Shown in pieces: positions 11,954-26,966 of a stretch of 64,000 nucleotides of DNA (position 1 is its first letter; the number at the start of each line of letters is the position of its first letter). The stretch comes from Poseidonia sp. (lineage in GTDB: Archaea > Thermoplasmatota > Poseidoniia > Poseidoniales > Poseidoniaceae), in contig JAKMEE010000039.1 in NCBI GenBank assembly GCA_022426155.1, positions 24,516 through 88,515 on the forward strand. Reading direction: 5' to 3'. Position numbers and translations under genes: made by a program. The notes below the pieces were generated by a model that was not told the origin of the DNA, did not search any database, and was given only the letters and a program-made list of their open reading frames with translations.

Positions 11954-12253
11954 TCACTCAACGTTGCTGTCCAATGTGAGCAAATCACTGTCACCTGCTT
12001 CGATGACAGCAATTGTTGAAACCGAAAACGGCTTACCACAAGCGATTCCGAGTTCACGGTTCACCATGTTGCTTCGAAACATTGTCACTTCAGGGTGAGT
12101 TGCTCGAAGCTTTGTGGTATACGATTCAGGGCAATTTGCGGCAACAACCACAAGTTTGGCAGTTCCGTTATCGCACGAAGCGGTCGTTTGTCGTTGTCCA
12201 AACAACAGATTTCCTGTTGCGATTGCATTTTTCAATTGTCGGCTTAGATCCAT
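11954..12253 (-). CDS. rpl30e: 50S ribosomal protein L30e
   Basis: AIATGNLLFG, AKLVVVAANCP, ELGIACGKPFSVS, GDSDLL; GGAGG before ATG 12253; canonical position after rpo1C. Confidence 0.95.
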   Translation of the reverse strand: MDLSRQLKNAIATGNLLFGQRQTTASCDNGTAKLVVVAANCPESYTTKLRATHPEVTMFRSNMVNRELGIACGKPFSVSTIAVIEAGDSDLLTLDSNVE

Positions 12254-12297
12254 ATTTTTTCCTCCATTCTCCACATGTGTTTCTCATGGTTGGGAAT

Positions 12298-17029
<4,732 letters not shown>

Positions 17030-17033
<4 letters not shown>

Positions 17034-20000
17034 CTTCGGTCCTCCAGTTCAAGGCGCATGGCCACTCCTAAACTCTTCATTTCGTCTAGAAGTAACTTGA
17101 ATGCATACGAAGTCTGCACCTTGTAAACTTCAGCTCCATCTCCGTGGATGGGGCTTACGTATGTTCCCCGCTTGGGGTCATACCATGCAATGTGACCCGA
17201 TTGAGCACAGACGTACATGTCAATACCATCGGATTCATCGAGCAATCGGTCTTTAATGACCATTGAAGCACCGTGTGCAATCAAACAGTCACGTTCCATC
17301 TCACCAAATCGCAATCCACCTTGTCGGGCACGCCCTTCAGTTGGTTGGCGGGTCAAGATTTGAACACGTCCACGTGAGCGGGCGTGAATCTTTGACGACA
17401 CCAAGTGGTGCAATCGTTGGTAGAAGATACAGCCAACGAAGATGTCGGCCGGGTAGGACTCACCGGTTTCACCGTTGATCATGGTTTCACGACCGGAGTG
17501 GGCCAATCCATTACGGACAAGGCCGTCACGAAGGCTTGATTCCTTCTCTCCACGGAACGCTGTCCCGTCGATTCTTCGTCCTTCCATAGCGCCAACCTTG
17601 CCACCAATCATTTCCAGAACGTGGGCAACGGTCATTCGTGATGGAATGGCGTGAGGGTTGATGATGAGGTCAGGAACAATACCGTCTGCCGTAAATGGCA
17701 TGTCTTCTTGCTCCACCAAGCGTCCAATGACACCTTTTTGCCCGTGTCGAGAAGCAAACTTGTCCCCAACTTCGGGGACCTTATGGCTTCGAACCATGAC
17801 ACGAACCAAACGACCTGAATCAAGGGATTCAGTGACATAGACGTTGTCGACCCATCCTTTCTCTCCGTGGCGGACGAGCATGGATGATTCTCGACGCTCC
17901 TGAGCCATCAAGAACGCACCACCAGAGGTTTCTTCCAAGAACCTTGGAGGGCTGGTCTTGCCGACTAGGACGTTTCCACCAATCAGTTCGGTCTCTGGGA
18001 CGGGCAAACCGTCACTCTCGAGGTGAACATAGGCTTCAGGGGCTTTGAGTCCCTTGATTTCTTGCTTGGAGCTACCGGGCCTTTCGATTTCTTCAACTTG
18101 GCCACCAGGGAAACGGCGACGTTCTGCGTTGTAGGTGCGGTTGAAAGTTGAACGACCAAGGGCTCGGTCAATGGATCCCTTGTTCATTATGACAGCATCT
18201 TGCATGTTATATCCATGCAATGACATGATGGCCACGATGAAGTTCTGACCACCAGGGCGCTCGTCGAAGTTTGTGGTTTCCATAGCACGAGTGCGTGTGA
18301 TGGAGCGTTGTGAGTAATGGAGGATGTGAGCCCGTGTGTCGGGGCGCAGGCGGTAGTTGGCACTTGGCAGTCCAAGAGATTGCTTGACCATGGCAGTTCC
18401 TCCAGTAACACGAGGTGTGGAGTTGTGCTCAGGGTAAGGAATCAATGCAGCACACACACCGAGAACGAGTTGTGGGTCAATTTCGCAGTGAGTGTGTTCA
18501 TCGGTGTAGAGGAGCGGCACTTCAAATTCGGTGGTTTCCCACTTGCCGTTTGGCATGCGGACGTTTGCCTTAAGTTGGGCGTTGACGCCCTTCTGTCCAA
18601 GGTTAAGCCATTGAATATCCTCATTCTTGACAGTGCGGCCAGCAAGGCCAGCGGAGTCGCCTTCGGGGACGGTTTCAGGCAGAACGAACGGTCGTGGGGC
18701 GATGTAGAGGTCTTCTTCCTCTTCAGCATCGGTCCATTCGACGATTCCTTCAATCACCAAAGAACGGAAGTTCATTTCACCTGAACTGAGTTTGGCCAGA
18801 TGATCTTGAGTCAATCGTGGAACTCCATCGTAGAGGATGAGGAGCGGTCGTAGAATTCGTCCCTTGTCTGTGTTGATGAAGATGTCTTTGTTGTCAACAT
18901 CGTGACGGATGGAAACTTCCGATGGAATAGCACCGCGACGACGTGCAGACTTGAAGTGGGCAACCAAGTTTGTGCCCTTCTTGTGAATTCCATAGATGTC
19001 GCCGTTCACGTGGATACGGTCACCATCGGTCCAGTCATCAGGTTGGTAGACTTCCAATTCGTCGAGTTGTCGGCGGATTTCAATCTCGTCGATGTTCTCA
19101 GAGATGTCAATCATTTGAGCTGCGTTCTTCACAAGACCGCAGTTTTGGCCTTCAGGAGTCTCGTTGGGGCACAGACGTCCCCATTGGGTCGGGTGCAGGT
19201 CACGAGCTTCGAAGTGAGGTTGGCTTCGCACAAGAGGAGATGTGACACGGCGCATGTGGGACAGAGCGGCAAGATAGGTGGTCCGGTCAAGTAATTGACT
19301 GACACCAGAGCGCCCTCCGACCCAGTTTCCTGTCGCAAGTGCGTGCATGATCTTAGAGGTCAAAACGTCAGGACGAAGGCATGAGGTAATCTTCAACTCT
19401 CGCTTTCGGTTGTGGTGTCGCTCGAGTTGGTACTTGAGGTCACGGGCCAATTGTCCTGCAGATACACGGAAGAGGTCTTCAATCAAATCACCAGCAAGAC
19501 GAACTCGCTTGTTTGCGTAGTGGTCCTTGTCGTTGGGGTCTCGTCCTTCAATAGACATTTCCAACACTTGTCGGACAATTCTGCCGAGGTAGATGGCCTT
19601 CTTGTCACGGTCATCAGCTTGGTCACCCAAGTGAGGCAGCAATTCTCGGTCAAGCAGTTGATTGACACGGGCTTCACGGTACTCTTTTTGCTGGCCTGCA
19701 GCGAATTTCTTTTGGAGCCATTCGTGGCTTTCTTCTTTGTTTTCAACACCGTATTCTTCGTTGTCTTTGACTTCGTTGATGTTTGCGACGATGAACTTGA
19801 AAGAATCAGTGTTTCCAGCAATGGCTTGGAAGATTTGCTGATCGTTTTCGACGCCAAGTGCACGCATGAGCATGACGACTGGGATGGCGGTCGTTCCGGC
19901 AGTACTGATTTTCACCATGAGCATACCGTCTCGACGCTTTTCAACTGTGAGTGGTTTGCGCATACCGTCTTTCTGCGAGAAGATCTTCGCAACTTCAGTT

Positions 20001-20644
20001 TGTTTTGCGTATCGCTTGTTGATTTCAACAGTGACACGGTTTGGGGCCAAGTCTTCCATCGAGATGAGGACACGCTCGGTTCCGTTGATGATGAAATAGC
20101 CACCTGGGTCAAGAGGGTCTTCTCCTTTCTTGCGGAGTAATTCGAACCAAGTTTCCTTATCTTCGTCGGAGGTAGTCGGGTTGAGAACACGGTCGCCAGC
20201 GATGTGCTTGGGATGCAAGTTGCAGCGTTCGGAACGAACCATGATTGGCATTGAACCAACTTGGACACCCTTCTCGGTTGGGGAAGGGACGCCGTTGCGC
20301 TTGATGGTGAAATCCATGGTTACGGGTGACATGTAGGTGAGTTTACGCAAGCGGCACTGCATGGGGGTTGAATCGTTGAGTGCCCCGTTGGCTTCCTTGA
20401 CGATGGGCTTGCCAAGTTTGACATTCTTGAGGCGAATGACGATGTCTTGGTCAGCCACGTCGAGTTTGATGTAACCTCCTTCGTCGTCGTTGAAATCCTC
20501 ATCGGTACCAACACGAATGTTTCGAATGATTTTTTCCATACGGGAAATACTGCTCTCTGTTGCAGGGATGCAGTCGTCGTATGATGCGAGTTGATGGTTC
20601 ACGAGGCTACGTTCTTTGAAAAATGATTGAATAATTTCTTGCAT
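17030..20644 (-). CDS. rpoB: RNA polymerase subunit Rpo2 (B, unsplit)
   Basis: GGYFIINGTERV, ETPEGQNCGLVKN, GDKFASRHGQKG, GGLRFGEMERD. Confidence 0.98.
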
Positions 20645-20657
20645 GATGTTCCTCTCC

Positions 20658-21308
20658 TCAGTTCCCCTCTACAATTAGTCGGTATGCAATAGATTGACCC
20701 GCCGATGGGGATGGGCGGACTACCTTGAGTACCCTGTCTGCAATCCATCCAGCGGCCAATGGTTTGTGTTCTGGATCTGCTGCGAGTGTGGCCATGTCGG
20801 CGGATTCTGCGAATTCCTTGATGACTTGGACGACAGGGTCTGAAATGAGAATTTTTGGAAGTAATTCCTTGGCCAGGCGGGGTTCACCAGTTTCTGGGTC
20901 AGGTTGGACCATGTTCCAGCGTTCCAATTCTGCCAACTCGATTTCGAGTTGCGCTTCTTCAGAGATGTTGGGTTCGCCCACCAGCTCTTGGTGGGGGACC
21001 AAAATGTGGTTGAGGGCATTAAAGCGAGAAGTGATCTCGGGACGGTCGAAGTCATCAATGGCCTTCGAGCGAATGGTGATCTTCTTGCTCTTCTTTGCTG
21101 CACGTCGGCGGGAACCTTGTTCAGCGATAATGGCCATGGTGGCAACGAATTCTTCAGCGTCTTTGGAAATTCCAAGTGTAGAAGCGACTTCGTCTGAGGA
21201 CATGTTCTTGATGTCCGTCATGTTTCTGTCTGTGGCAAGTTTGTGGGCGAACGTATCCGATACACCCAGTTCCATCAAACGCTTTTTTGTTGCACTCTTA
21301 ACGACCAT
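20658..21308 (-). CDS. rpoH: RNA polymerase subunit Rpo5 (H), enlarged to 216 aa
   Basis: HILVPHQEL, LPKILISDPVV, VLKVVRPSPSAGQSIAYRLIV; first gene of the RNAP operon. Confidence 0.9.
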   Translation of the reverse strand: MVVKSATKKRLMELGVSDTFAHKLATDRNMTDIKNMSSDEVASTLGISKDAEEFVATMAIIAEQGSRRRAAKKSKKITIRSKAIDDFDRPEITSRFNALNHILVPHQELVGEPNISEEAQLEIELAELERWNMVQPDPETGEPRLAKELLPKILISDPVVQVIKEFAESADMATLAADPEHKPLAAGWIADRVLKVVRPSPSAGQSIAYRLIVEGN

Positions 21309-21359
21309 TCTCTTACACCCCGCGAATGCCCACCCACACGGGCCGGTAGCAGTGTCAGG

Positions 21360-21433
21360 CGGGCCTGACGGGGTTCGAACCCGCGACCATCGGATTAAAA
21401 GTCCGACGCTCTACCTGACTGAGCTACAGGCCC
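21360..21433 (-). tRNA. tRNA-Lys (anticodon UUU), intronless, CCA not encoded
   Basis: GGGCCTGTAGCTCAGTCAGGTAGAGCGTCGGACTTTTAATCCGATGGTCGCGGGTTCGAACCCCGTCAGGCCCG folds as a cloverleaf with anticodon loop CTTTTAA. Confidence 0.97.
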
Positions 21434-21627
21434 AATGTAGCAACTTGGGCTTTTCGTCCGACCTTCAAGGTGTTCTTATACATTTCCGTCTTATCCTAAG
21501 CCGTAATCATCGTACAGTAGTTGATTTGCCAAACGAATAATTGATGGAAAAATACCGAAAGAAGGCCAAACAAGCCGAAAGAAGGTGGAACGAGGAGGGA
21601 TAGGCTCATTTCTCGGTCACTCCAGCC

Positions 21628-23109
21628 GTGTTCATGGTGGACCCCCCGACCTTCTCCGCCGAAGACGCCGAGGCCGAAGTTCAACGTATTGAGCGGACTG
21701 CAAAACGCGTCGTTTGGGATGGTCCAGCAGGAACCTCATTCACCATCGATGTTCCTCCCACAGTATACCCCCCTCGTCAAGACACATTTCTGCTGGCGGA
21801 TGCCCTTCGTCGTCTCGGACTTTCTCAAGGTTCGTCATGTCTGGAGATCGGTTGTGGGAGCGGTGCAGTTTCGTATTATGCAGCAAGTCTTGGGCTCCGC
21901 GTAACTTCATGCGATACCAATCCGTATGCGGTGGCTTGCACATCTCACCATGCTCAATTCATGGGGTACAACCTCCGCGTGAATGAAGGTGGGCCAGGCC
22001 CTCAATGCGATGGTTTGGATGCTCAATGGGGCGGCGATCAACATTATGACGTAGTGATGTGGAATCTTCCTTACTTACCCCCAGTAGTTGAAGGTGAGGC
22101 TACGCTGGGGCCGTTCGAGGAATCTGCTCTTTTGGACAATGATTCGATTGGGTTATATGTTCGGTTATTGAAAAGAATAGAATCAGGTGGTTTGCTAAAA
22201 CCCAAGGGAGTGGGTCTCTTTGTCGTCTCGGACCTCCGGGATGGGCAACAAGCACTCGAACAAGCATGGCATCATAATTTAGCGGCCCGTGAAATGTGTT
22301 CGCATGAATTTGAGAACGGGGAACTTCTCCGAGTTGTGGCCATCTGGAGGCCATTTGAAAATGTGGAACAATTTCATTTTGAAACAGTTGATAGTACCAA
22401 TGAACAATTACTTGGTCTTGAGACTGCTTTGGGAAGCAGGCTGACGGCCAGTGTTCAGAGTGAGGGGAGGGGGCGGAAAAATCGTTCCTGGGACTCTCAA
22501 CCTGGCGCTCTCGCAGCATCATGGGTGGTCGATGATGGAGGGGGAATCACCCATTCACCCATTCATCAGCTCTGGGTTGGATGGGCTTTGACACGGTTCT
22601 TTTCTCATGCATCTATGCCGAATCTTTGGAGACTAAAGTGGCCCAATGATGTATATTTGAGATCCTCTTCAAACACAGATTGGAAAAAATGTGGTGGCAT
22701 TCTCTTTGAGGGGAAGCACCAGGGGGTGAGTCGACGTGTGGTTCTTGGAATCGGCATGAATCTCGCTGCAATTGAGCACAATCAATATGGGTCCATCCAA
22801 GAGGTTTGTCCTTCCCTCGAACTTGAGAATGTATGCGGAGGTTTACACGCAATTATTGCGTCTTTATTTGAAATCAAAACAACTCCGCATATTCCAATTT
22901 TTGACCTCCCAATCGAGCATCTCAATGACGCCATTTCAGAAGGTGTGGCATCGCTAGGTCCACTACTCTATAGGGAATTGGGATGTGGCTTTATGTCGGC
23001 GCTCAACAACGGTTCGATATCGGTTCAACTTCACGATGGCGCCACGGTCAATGTTGATGAGCCAAACGATCTGTTTTGGTCAAACATCCAGGACAGCATC
23101 GAGGATTAA
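21628..23109 (+). CDS. Fusion of a HemK/PrmC-like SAM methyltransferase and a biotin-protein ligase (BirA-like)
   Basis: N-half: VYPPRQDTFLL, LEIGCGSG, WNLPY. C-half: VDSTN, QSEGRGR..R.W, KWPNDV, KCGGIL, GIGMN. Confidence 0.88.
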   Translation: MFMVDPPTFSAEDAEAEVQRIERTAKRVVWDGPAGTSFTIDVPPTVYPPRQDTFLLADALRRLGLSQGSSCLEIGCGSGAVSYYAASLGLRVTSCDTNPYAVACTSHHAQFMGYNLRVNEGGPGPQCDGLDAQWGGDQHYDVVMWNLPYLPPVVEGEATLGPFEESALLDNDSIGLYVRLLKRIESGGLLKPKGVGLFVVSDLRDGQQALEQAWHHNLAAREMCSHEFENGELLRVVAIWRPFENVEQFHFETVDSTNEQLLGLETALGSRLTASVQSEGRGRKNRSWDSQPGALAASWVVDDGGGITHSPIHQLWVGWALTRFFSHASMPNLWRLKWPNDVYLRSSSNTDWKKCGGILFEGKHQGVSRRVVLGIGMNLAAIEHNQYGSIQEVCPSLELENVCGGLHAIIASLFEIKTTPHIPIFDLPIEHLNDAISEGVASLGPLLYRELGCGFMSALNNGSISVQLHDGATVNVDEPNDLFWSNIQDSIED

Positions 23110-23586
23110 TTCGGTTTCTTCTTCCTCTTCGGATTCATCATGTTGATAGAGGCCGTAAGCCAAAAGGAGTGCGCCAACTGGGAATGCAATCATATCGATG
23201 TGATATTTCCGATCCACGCTCACATCAAGAGTCGCTGCGCTTCCTTTCGTGTCGATTTCATAGGTATAATAGCCACTTTCCGTGATTTCCCAACGAACTG
23301 GATGAGTCTGGCCAGCAATCATCACAACCGATTCTGAATCCAATATTTCGCCTTCACTATTCATCAAGATCAAGCGTAAAGTGGTATCGTTTTCAACAGT
23401 GATTGCAGCTTTGAAAGAATCTCCGCTCATCATCGTGGCCCCATTCTGGTAAGGAGGTTCATCTCCACCGACGGTGATCGGAACGACCCATGCGTGCATG
23501 AACAATGCCCCCAAGAGCAAGGTTGTTCCAGTGAGGATCAGCGCATCGCTCATCTTCATCTTCGGTGCTGCACCTCCACCGCCCAT
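23080..23586 (-). CDS. Hypothetical membrane protein (N- and C-terminal TM around a small beta domain)
   Basis: Two hydrophobic segments and an acidic tail; convergent overlap with the HemK-BirA gene. Confidence 0.7.
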   Translation of the reverse strand: MGGGGAAPKMKMSDALILTGTTLLLGALFMHAWVVPITVGGDEPPYQNGATMMSGDSFKAAITVENDTTLRLILMNSEGEILDSESVVMIAGQTHPVRWEITESGYYTYEIDTKGSAATLDVSVDRKYHIDMIAFPVGALLLAYGLYQHDESEEEEETELILDAVLDV

Positions 23587-23623
23587 GACATGGGCAAATG
23601 AACGAATATGATGAAGGTATGGC

Positions 23624-24025
23624 TCAACGTTTTCGCGTTGGCTTAGGCAAATGAAGGCGTTCTCTTACCAAACGAATCTTTCCACTGGTTGTGAGAGACA
23701 TGCATCCAATGTCTTCATAGGAGCGTTCGCGTGCTAGGAGGGCTCTGACTCCCTTAATCGTCTCCAACGGGACTTGGACGATGGCAAAACCACAGGAAGG
23801 TGGTGTTTCAATTGCTTCATCAGCCATTTTTGTTCTTGATTGTTCTGCTATGGATTCATTGCTGGAGTGGAACTCCATGAGACGGAAAGGGCGAGGTGTG
23901 TCCAGTGTATCCCCTAACTGGGAGAGGACTGAATCGAGCGACGAGCGAGTTTGATGTTCTGGTGATACCGCAAGACCAACCCACCTACGTTTGCCCCGCA
24001 GTGCCTTGGTCAACCGCTTCGCCAT
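23624..24025 (-). CDS. RNase P protein Pop5/Rpp14-like
   Basis: N-terminal LRGKRRWVG and C-terminal TTSGKIRLVR resemble Pop5 (LR.R.RY...SGTI+..+). Start taken at MAKRL. Confidence 0.6.
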   Translation of the reverse strand: MAKRLTKALRGKRRWVGLAVSPEHQTRSSLDSVLSQLGDTLDTPRPFRLMEFHSSNESIAEQSRTKMADEAIETPPSCGFAIVQVPLETIKGVRALLARERSYEDIGCMSLTTSGKIRLVRERLHLPKPTRKR

Positions 24026-24109
24026 GGTGCTTCCCATGGGGACCTGCTTCATGACCTTTGAGCGTAAATTCTGCCATAGTATCAAAACGGTCGGAGGGGA
24101 GGGATTCAT

Positions 24110-25507
24110 GTGTCGGATGAGGTGGAAGTGATTGAACCTGCGGATTCAACGCCATCAGAAGGTCATGAACTTGATCACTTACAAGCCTCTGACCCGTCTC
24201 TCCGAGCATTGTTGAAGGTCTTGCTGAATATCAAAACCTTGCCTCATATCCTCCTCATCCTTACTCTTTCAACACCCTTGTACCTTCTCGCAAATAATGG
24301 TCAAAACGAGTTGAGTGCCTTCTGCTTCCTCTCACTTTCTCTTGGATACCTGACGACGGGCTTGTTCTCAAACAGTGCACGAGTGAAATCTTGGACTCAA
24401 TTGCCCGATATTCGAGATCCTGAGAACTCAACTTCACTGATTATTCGCGTTTTGAAAAGTTTCAGAATTTGTCTCTTCCCCCTCGGAATTTCACTGGGCT
24501 GGTTTGTGTTTTTACAAGTGCTATTCAATGAAGGTGGTCCAGCCGCTGAATTTTCTTCCCTTGTACCCTTTGTTTTGGGAACACTGTTTTTGTTTTGGGC
24601 CGTTATGCAGGGCCGAAGTTTCGCACGATGGTTAGCATCCGTTGCGGCTTACAAACTTCCGTCATCGCATACACGAGAAGGAGGTTTGGTCGGCAGCATG
24701 GTTGTGTTCTGTACCGTAATCTCCATCATCGCTACTGCTGGATTGGCCGTATTTGTCGCCCTGCACGGTGAACCACTGGGCGTTCTCTCATTGTTCACAG
24801 GTCATTTGGGTTACTTCCTCGGCGTGGGGGCGCTCTTGGCTTTGAGTCTGTGGTCGACGCGTCACGCAAGGGAGTTGGCAGGCAGCAAAGTGATGTTGCA
24901 TCGCTTTTCCAACCGCTGGCTCATGCTTTCTCAAATTATGATAACATGGCACTTTTTGACCGTTTGGCGTCACCGGGAATTAGACCCGAGTACACCTGAA
25001 CTACTCCTTGAAGAAGTGCTTCTCATGATGTCTACTGTGTTCATGGCAATCTGGGGGTTAACGTCCAAATCTTTCCGTTCAAGCCTGCGGTTGGTGCATG
25101 AGGGGAATGCACTCACCGTTGGTCTGTCATTTGGTTATGCTTACGCAGGAAGCGTCGCCATGCTTGCTACTGTATTCGATGATTTTGTCACCGTCATGGT
25201 CACGGGGCACATCGTTGTCATTCTCACGTTCCTTTGGATGCAACGAAAGGTGCTGAATGGGATCATCACAGACCACGATGCGACAGTCAAGGTGAATCGA
25301 ACAGTGGAATCCATTGCTCCTGCACCGGTCGCTGACGATGAAACAAAAGAGCCAGGTCCAGAAGAAGCCTCCGAGACCGAGCAAGAGGGAGTCGTAACCT
25401 CAAGTGTCGAAGTGGGTGCAATCGGCGAGGATGTTGACTGGGAGGGGGCCACCGAAGTTCTTGCAGAGGGTGTGGATTGGGACGATGAAATCGAACTTCT
25501 GGACTAA
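24110..25507 (+). CDS. Polytopic membrane protein of unknown function
   Basis: About 10 hydrophobic helices and an acidic C-terminal tail ending WDDEIELLD. Confidence 0.75.
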   Translation: MSDEVEVIEPADSTPSEGHELDHLQASDPSLRALLKVLLNIKTLPHILLILTLSTPLYLLANNGQNELSAFCFLSLSLGYLTTGLFSNSARVKSWTQLPDIRDPENSTSLIIRVLKSFRICLFPLGISLGWFVFLQVLFNEGGPAAEFSSLVPFVLGTLFLFWAVMQGRSFARWLASVAAYKLPSSHTREGGLVGSMVVFCTVISIIATAGLAVFVALHGEPLGVLSLFTGHLGYFLGVGALLALSLWSTRHARELAGSKVMLHRFSNRWLMLSQIMITWHFLTVWRHRELDPSTPELLLEEVLLMMSTVFMAIWGLTSKSFRSSLRLVHEGNALTVGLSFGYAYAGSVAMLATVFDDFVTVMVTGHIVVILTFLWMQRKVLNGIITDHDATVKVNRTVESIAPAPVADDETKEPGPEEASETEQEGVVTSSVEVGAIGEDVDWEGATEVLAEGVDWDDEIELLD

Positions 25508-26442
25508 GATGGCTTAATGCCAGAGAGAAGGGTTACAACCCGAATCGTATCCTGGAGGTCCTCACTCACCCTTGCTCCCAAAATGACTTGAGCGTCACTA
25601 TCTAGGGCCGAAGTGAACAATTCTGCCACAGCATCGACCTGGCCGATGGTCATGCCAGGTCCACCTTCAACCTGAATCAGGCATCCCTTGGCACCCCCCA
25701 CGTCCATTTCGGCCAAAGGGGCTTTCAATGCAGATTCTAAAATGCCTCGAGGGTCATCAGGGCGTCCAATACCGACCAGCATTGTAGCCAACCCATCTTG
25801 GTCAACGATGGCCCTTAGGTCCATGAGATCGAGGTTGATGAGTCCCATGCGCATCAGAGTGCGAACGAGTCCATCGACAAGATCTTCTACCCACTCTGCA
25901 CCCATTTGCCAATTCTGACCTTTCTCTCTCGCTTGCCTTGCTAGGCGTTCGAGGGAGAGGCGTACTGTTACATGAGCCGTTTGTTCAAGTCGTGAAAACC
26001 CTTCTTCTGCCAAAGCCAAGCGGGCGGGTTGTGCTTCAAACGGAAGTCCTGCAACGGCGAGGACAATGGCACCTGTTTGGCGTGCTTGGCGGGCGAACTC
26101 TTGTGCGGCGCCGGTTCCAACTCCACCGCCTAGGCCAGTGAGTAGGATGACCAACTCGGTGTCTTTGAGCAATTGTTGGGTCAAATTATTCAGGCCCCGC
26201 ATGCGTTGTTCAGCTAGCGGTGGGAGGGCTGCACATCCTACTTCGTCCAATGCATGACCAAGGCGGAGAACGTGAACCGTTTCACCCGTTTTGAAACTAC
26301 GATCATCGGCATCAATGAGGGCCAAATGCGCTCCCATTCCACAGCGCACATAGGCCTCGTGCGCCCATGCACAACCCAATCCGCCAACTCCGGCGATGAG
26401 GATGTTGGAGGGGTCCATGATTGACGAAGAACGCGGCGTCAC
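25504..26442 (-). CDS. ftsZ: Divergent FtsZ/tubulin-family GTPase
   Basis: GVGGLG, GLGGGVGTGAA, LPFEAQ, GLINLDLMDL, VILGARV; no C-terminal tail. Confidence 0.8.
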   Translation of the reverse strand: MTPRSSSIMDPSNILIAGVGGLGCAWAHEAYVRCGMGAHLALIDADDRSFKTGETVHVLRLGHALDEVGCAALPPLAEQRMRGLNNLTQQLLKDTELVILLTGLGGGVGTGAAQEFARQARQTGAIVLAVAGLPFEAQPARLALAEEGFSRLEQTAHVTVRLSLERLARQAREKGQNWQMGAEWVEDLVDGLVRTLMRMGLINLDLMDLRAIVDQDGLATMLVGIGRPDDPRGILESALKAPLAEMDVGGAKGCLIQVEGGPGMTIGQVDAVAELFTSALDSDAQVILGARVSEDLQDTIRVVTLLSGIKPS

Positions 26443-26475
26443 TTTGAACTTTGGTGTGGTTCGCTGTGCGCGGTC

Positions 26476-26811
26476 TCAATCAATGTACCTGAGGTACCTT
26501 CGGCGGGCATCTCTGGCCCAGGCGTTGTCTGGTTCGATGATGAGGACTCGGTTGTAATATTCGACGGCGGTTTCAAATTCAGAGAGATATCGTCCATAGA
26601 GGTGGCCGAGATTGGAGAGTACTGGGATACACTCCTCATCACGCTTCAGCATGCTGAGGAGCATTTTCTCAGCAGCTCCAAGAGCCCCCTTAATCATCAA
26701 TTCCTCTGCCTCATCAAGTTCAATGAGTTGCTTGTCACTGAGGTCATAAGTGTTATCGAAGGTATGATTTCCCATGGTGTTCATGTCTTCCAAAACGCCC
26801 TCCTCCATCAA
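26476..26811 (-). CDS. TPR-repeat protein
   Basis: LSNLGHLY...AVEYYNRVLIIEPDN TPR consensus. Confidence 0.8.
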   Translation of the reverse strand: MMEEGVLEDMNTMGNHTFDNTYDLSDKQLIELDEAEELMIKGALGAAEKMLLSMLKRDEECIPVLSNLGHLYGRYLSEFETAVEYYNRVLIIEPDNAWARDARRRYLRYID

Positions 26812-26966
26812 GCCTTCCTTCTCCTGTCGCCTCTCAAGGTTGGCTTGCTGAGTTCATTATGTTCAATTTCTTTCAAAAAACGCTACACTGCGAGGCGATT
26901 TATGTGGCGATTTACTGACAATGTTTAAGGAGTCCATACAAGTCGGAAACATGTAAGGGTGAGGCT

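Noticed and set aside
21340-21630. tRNA-Lys as an integration site for a mobile element
   Set aside because: No integrase and no duplicated tRNA 3' end noticed elsewhere in the window; the flanks are core genes.
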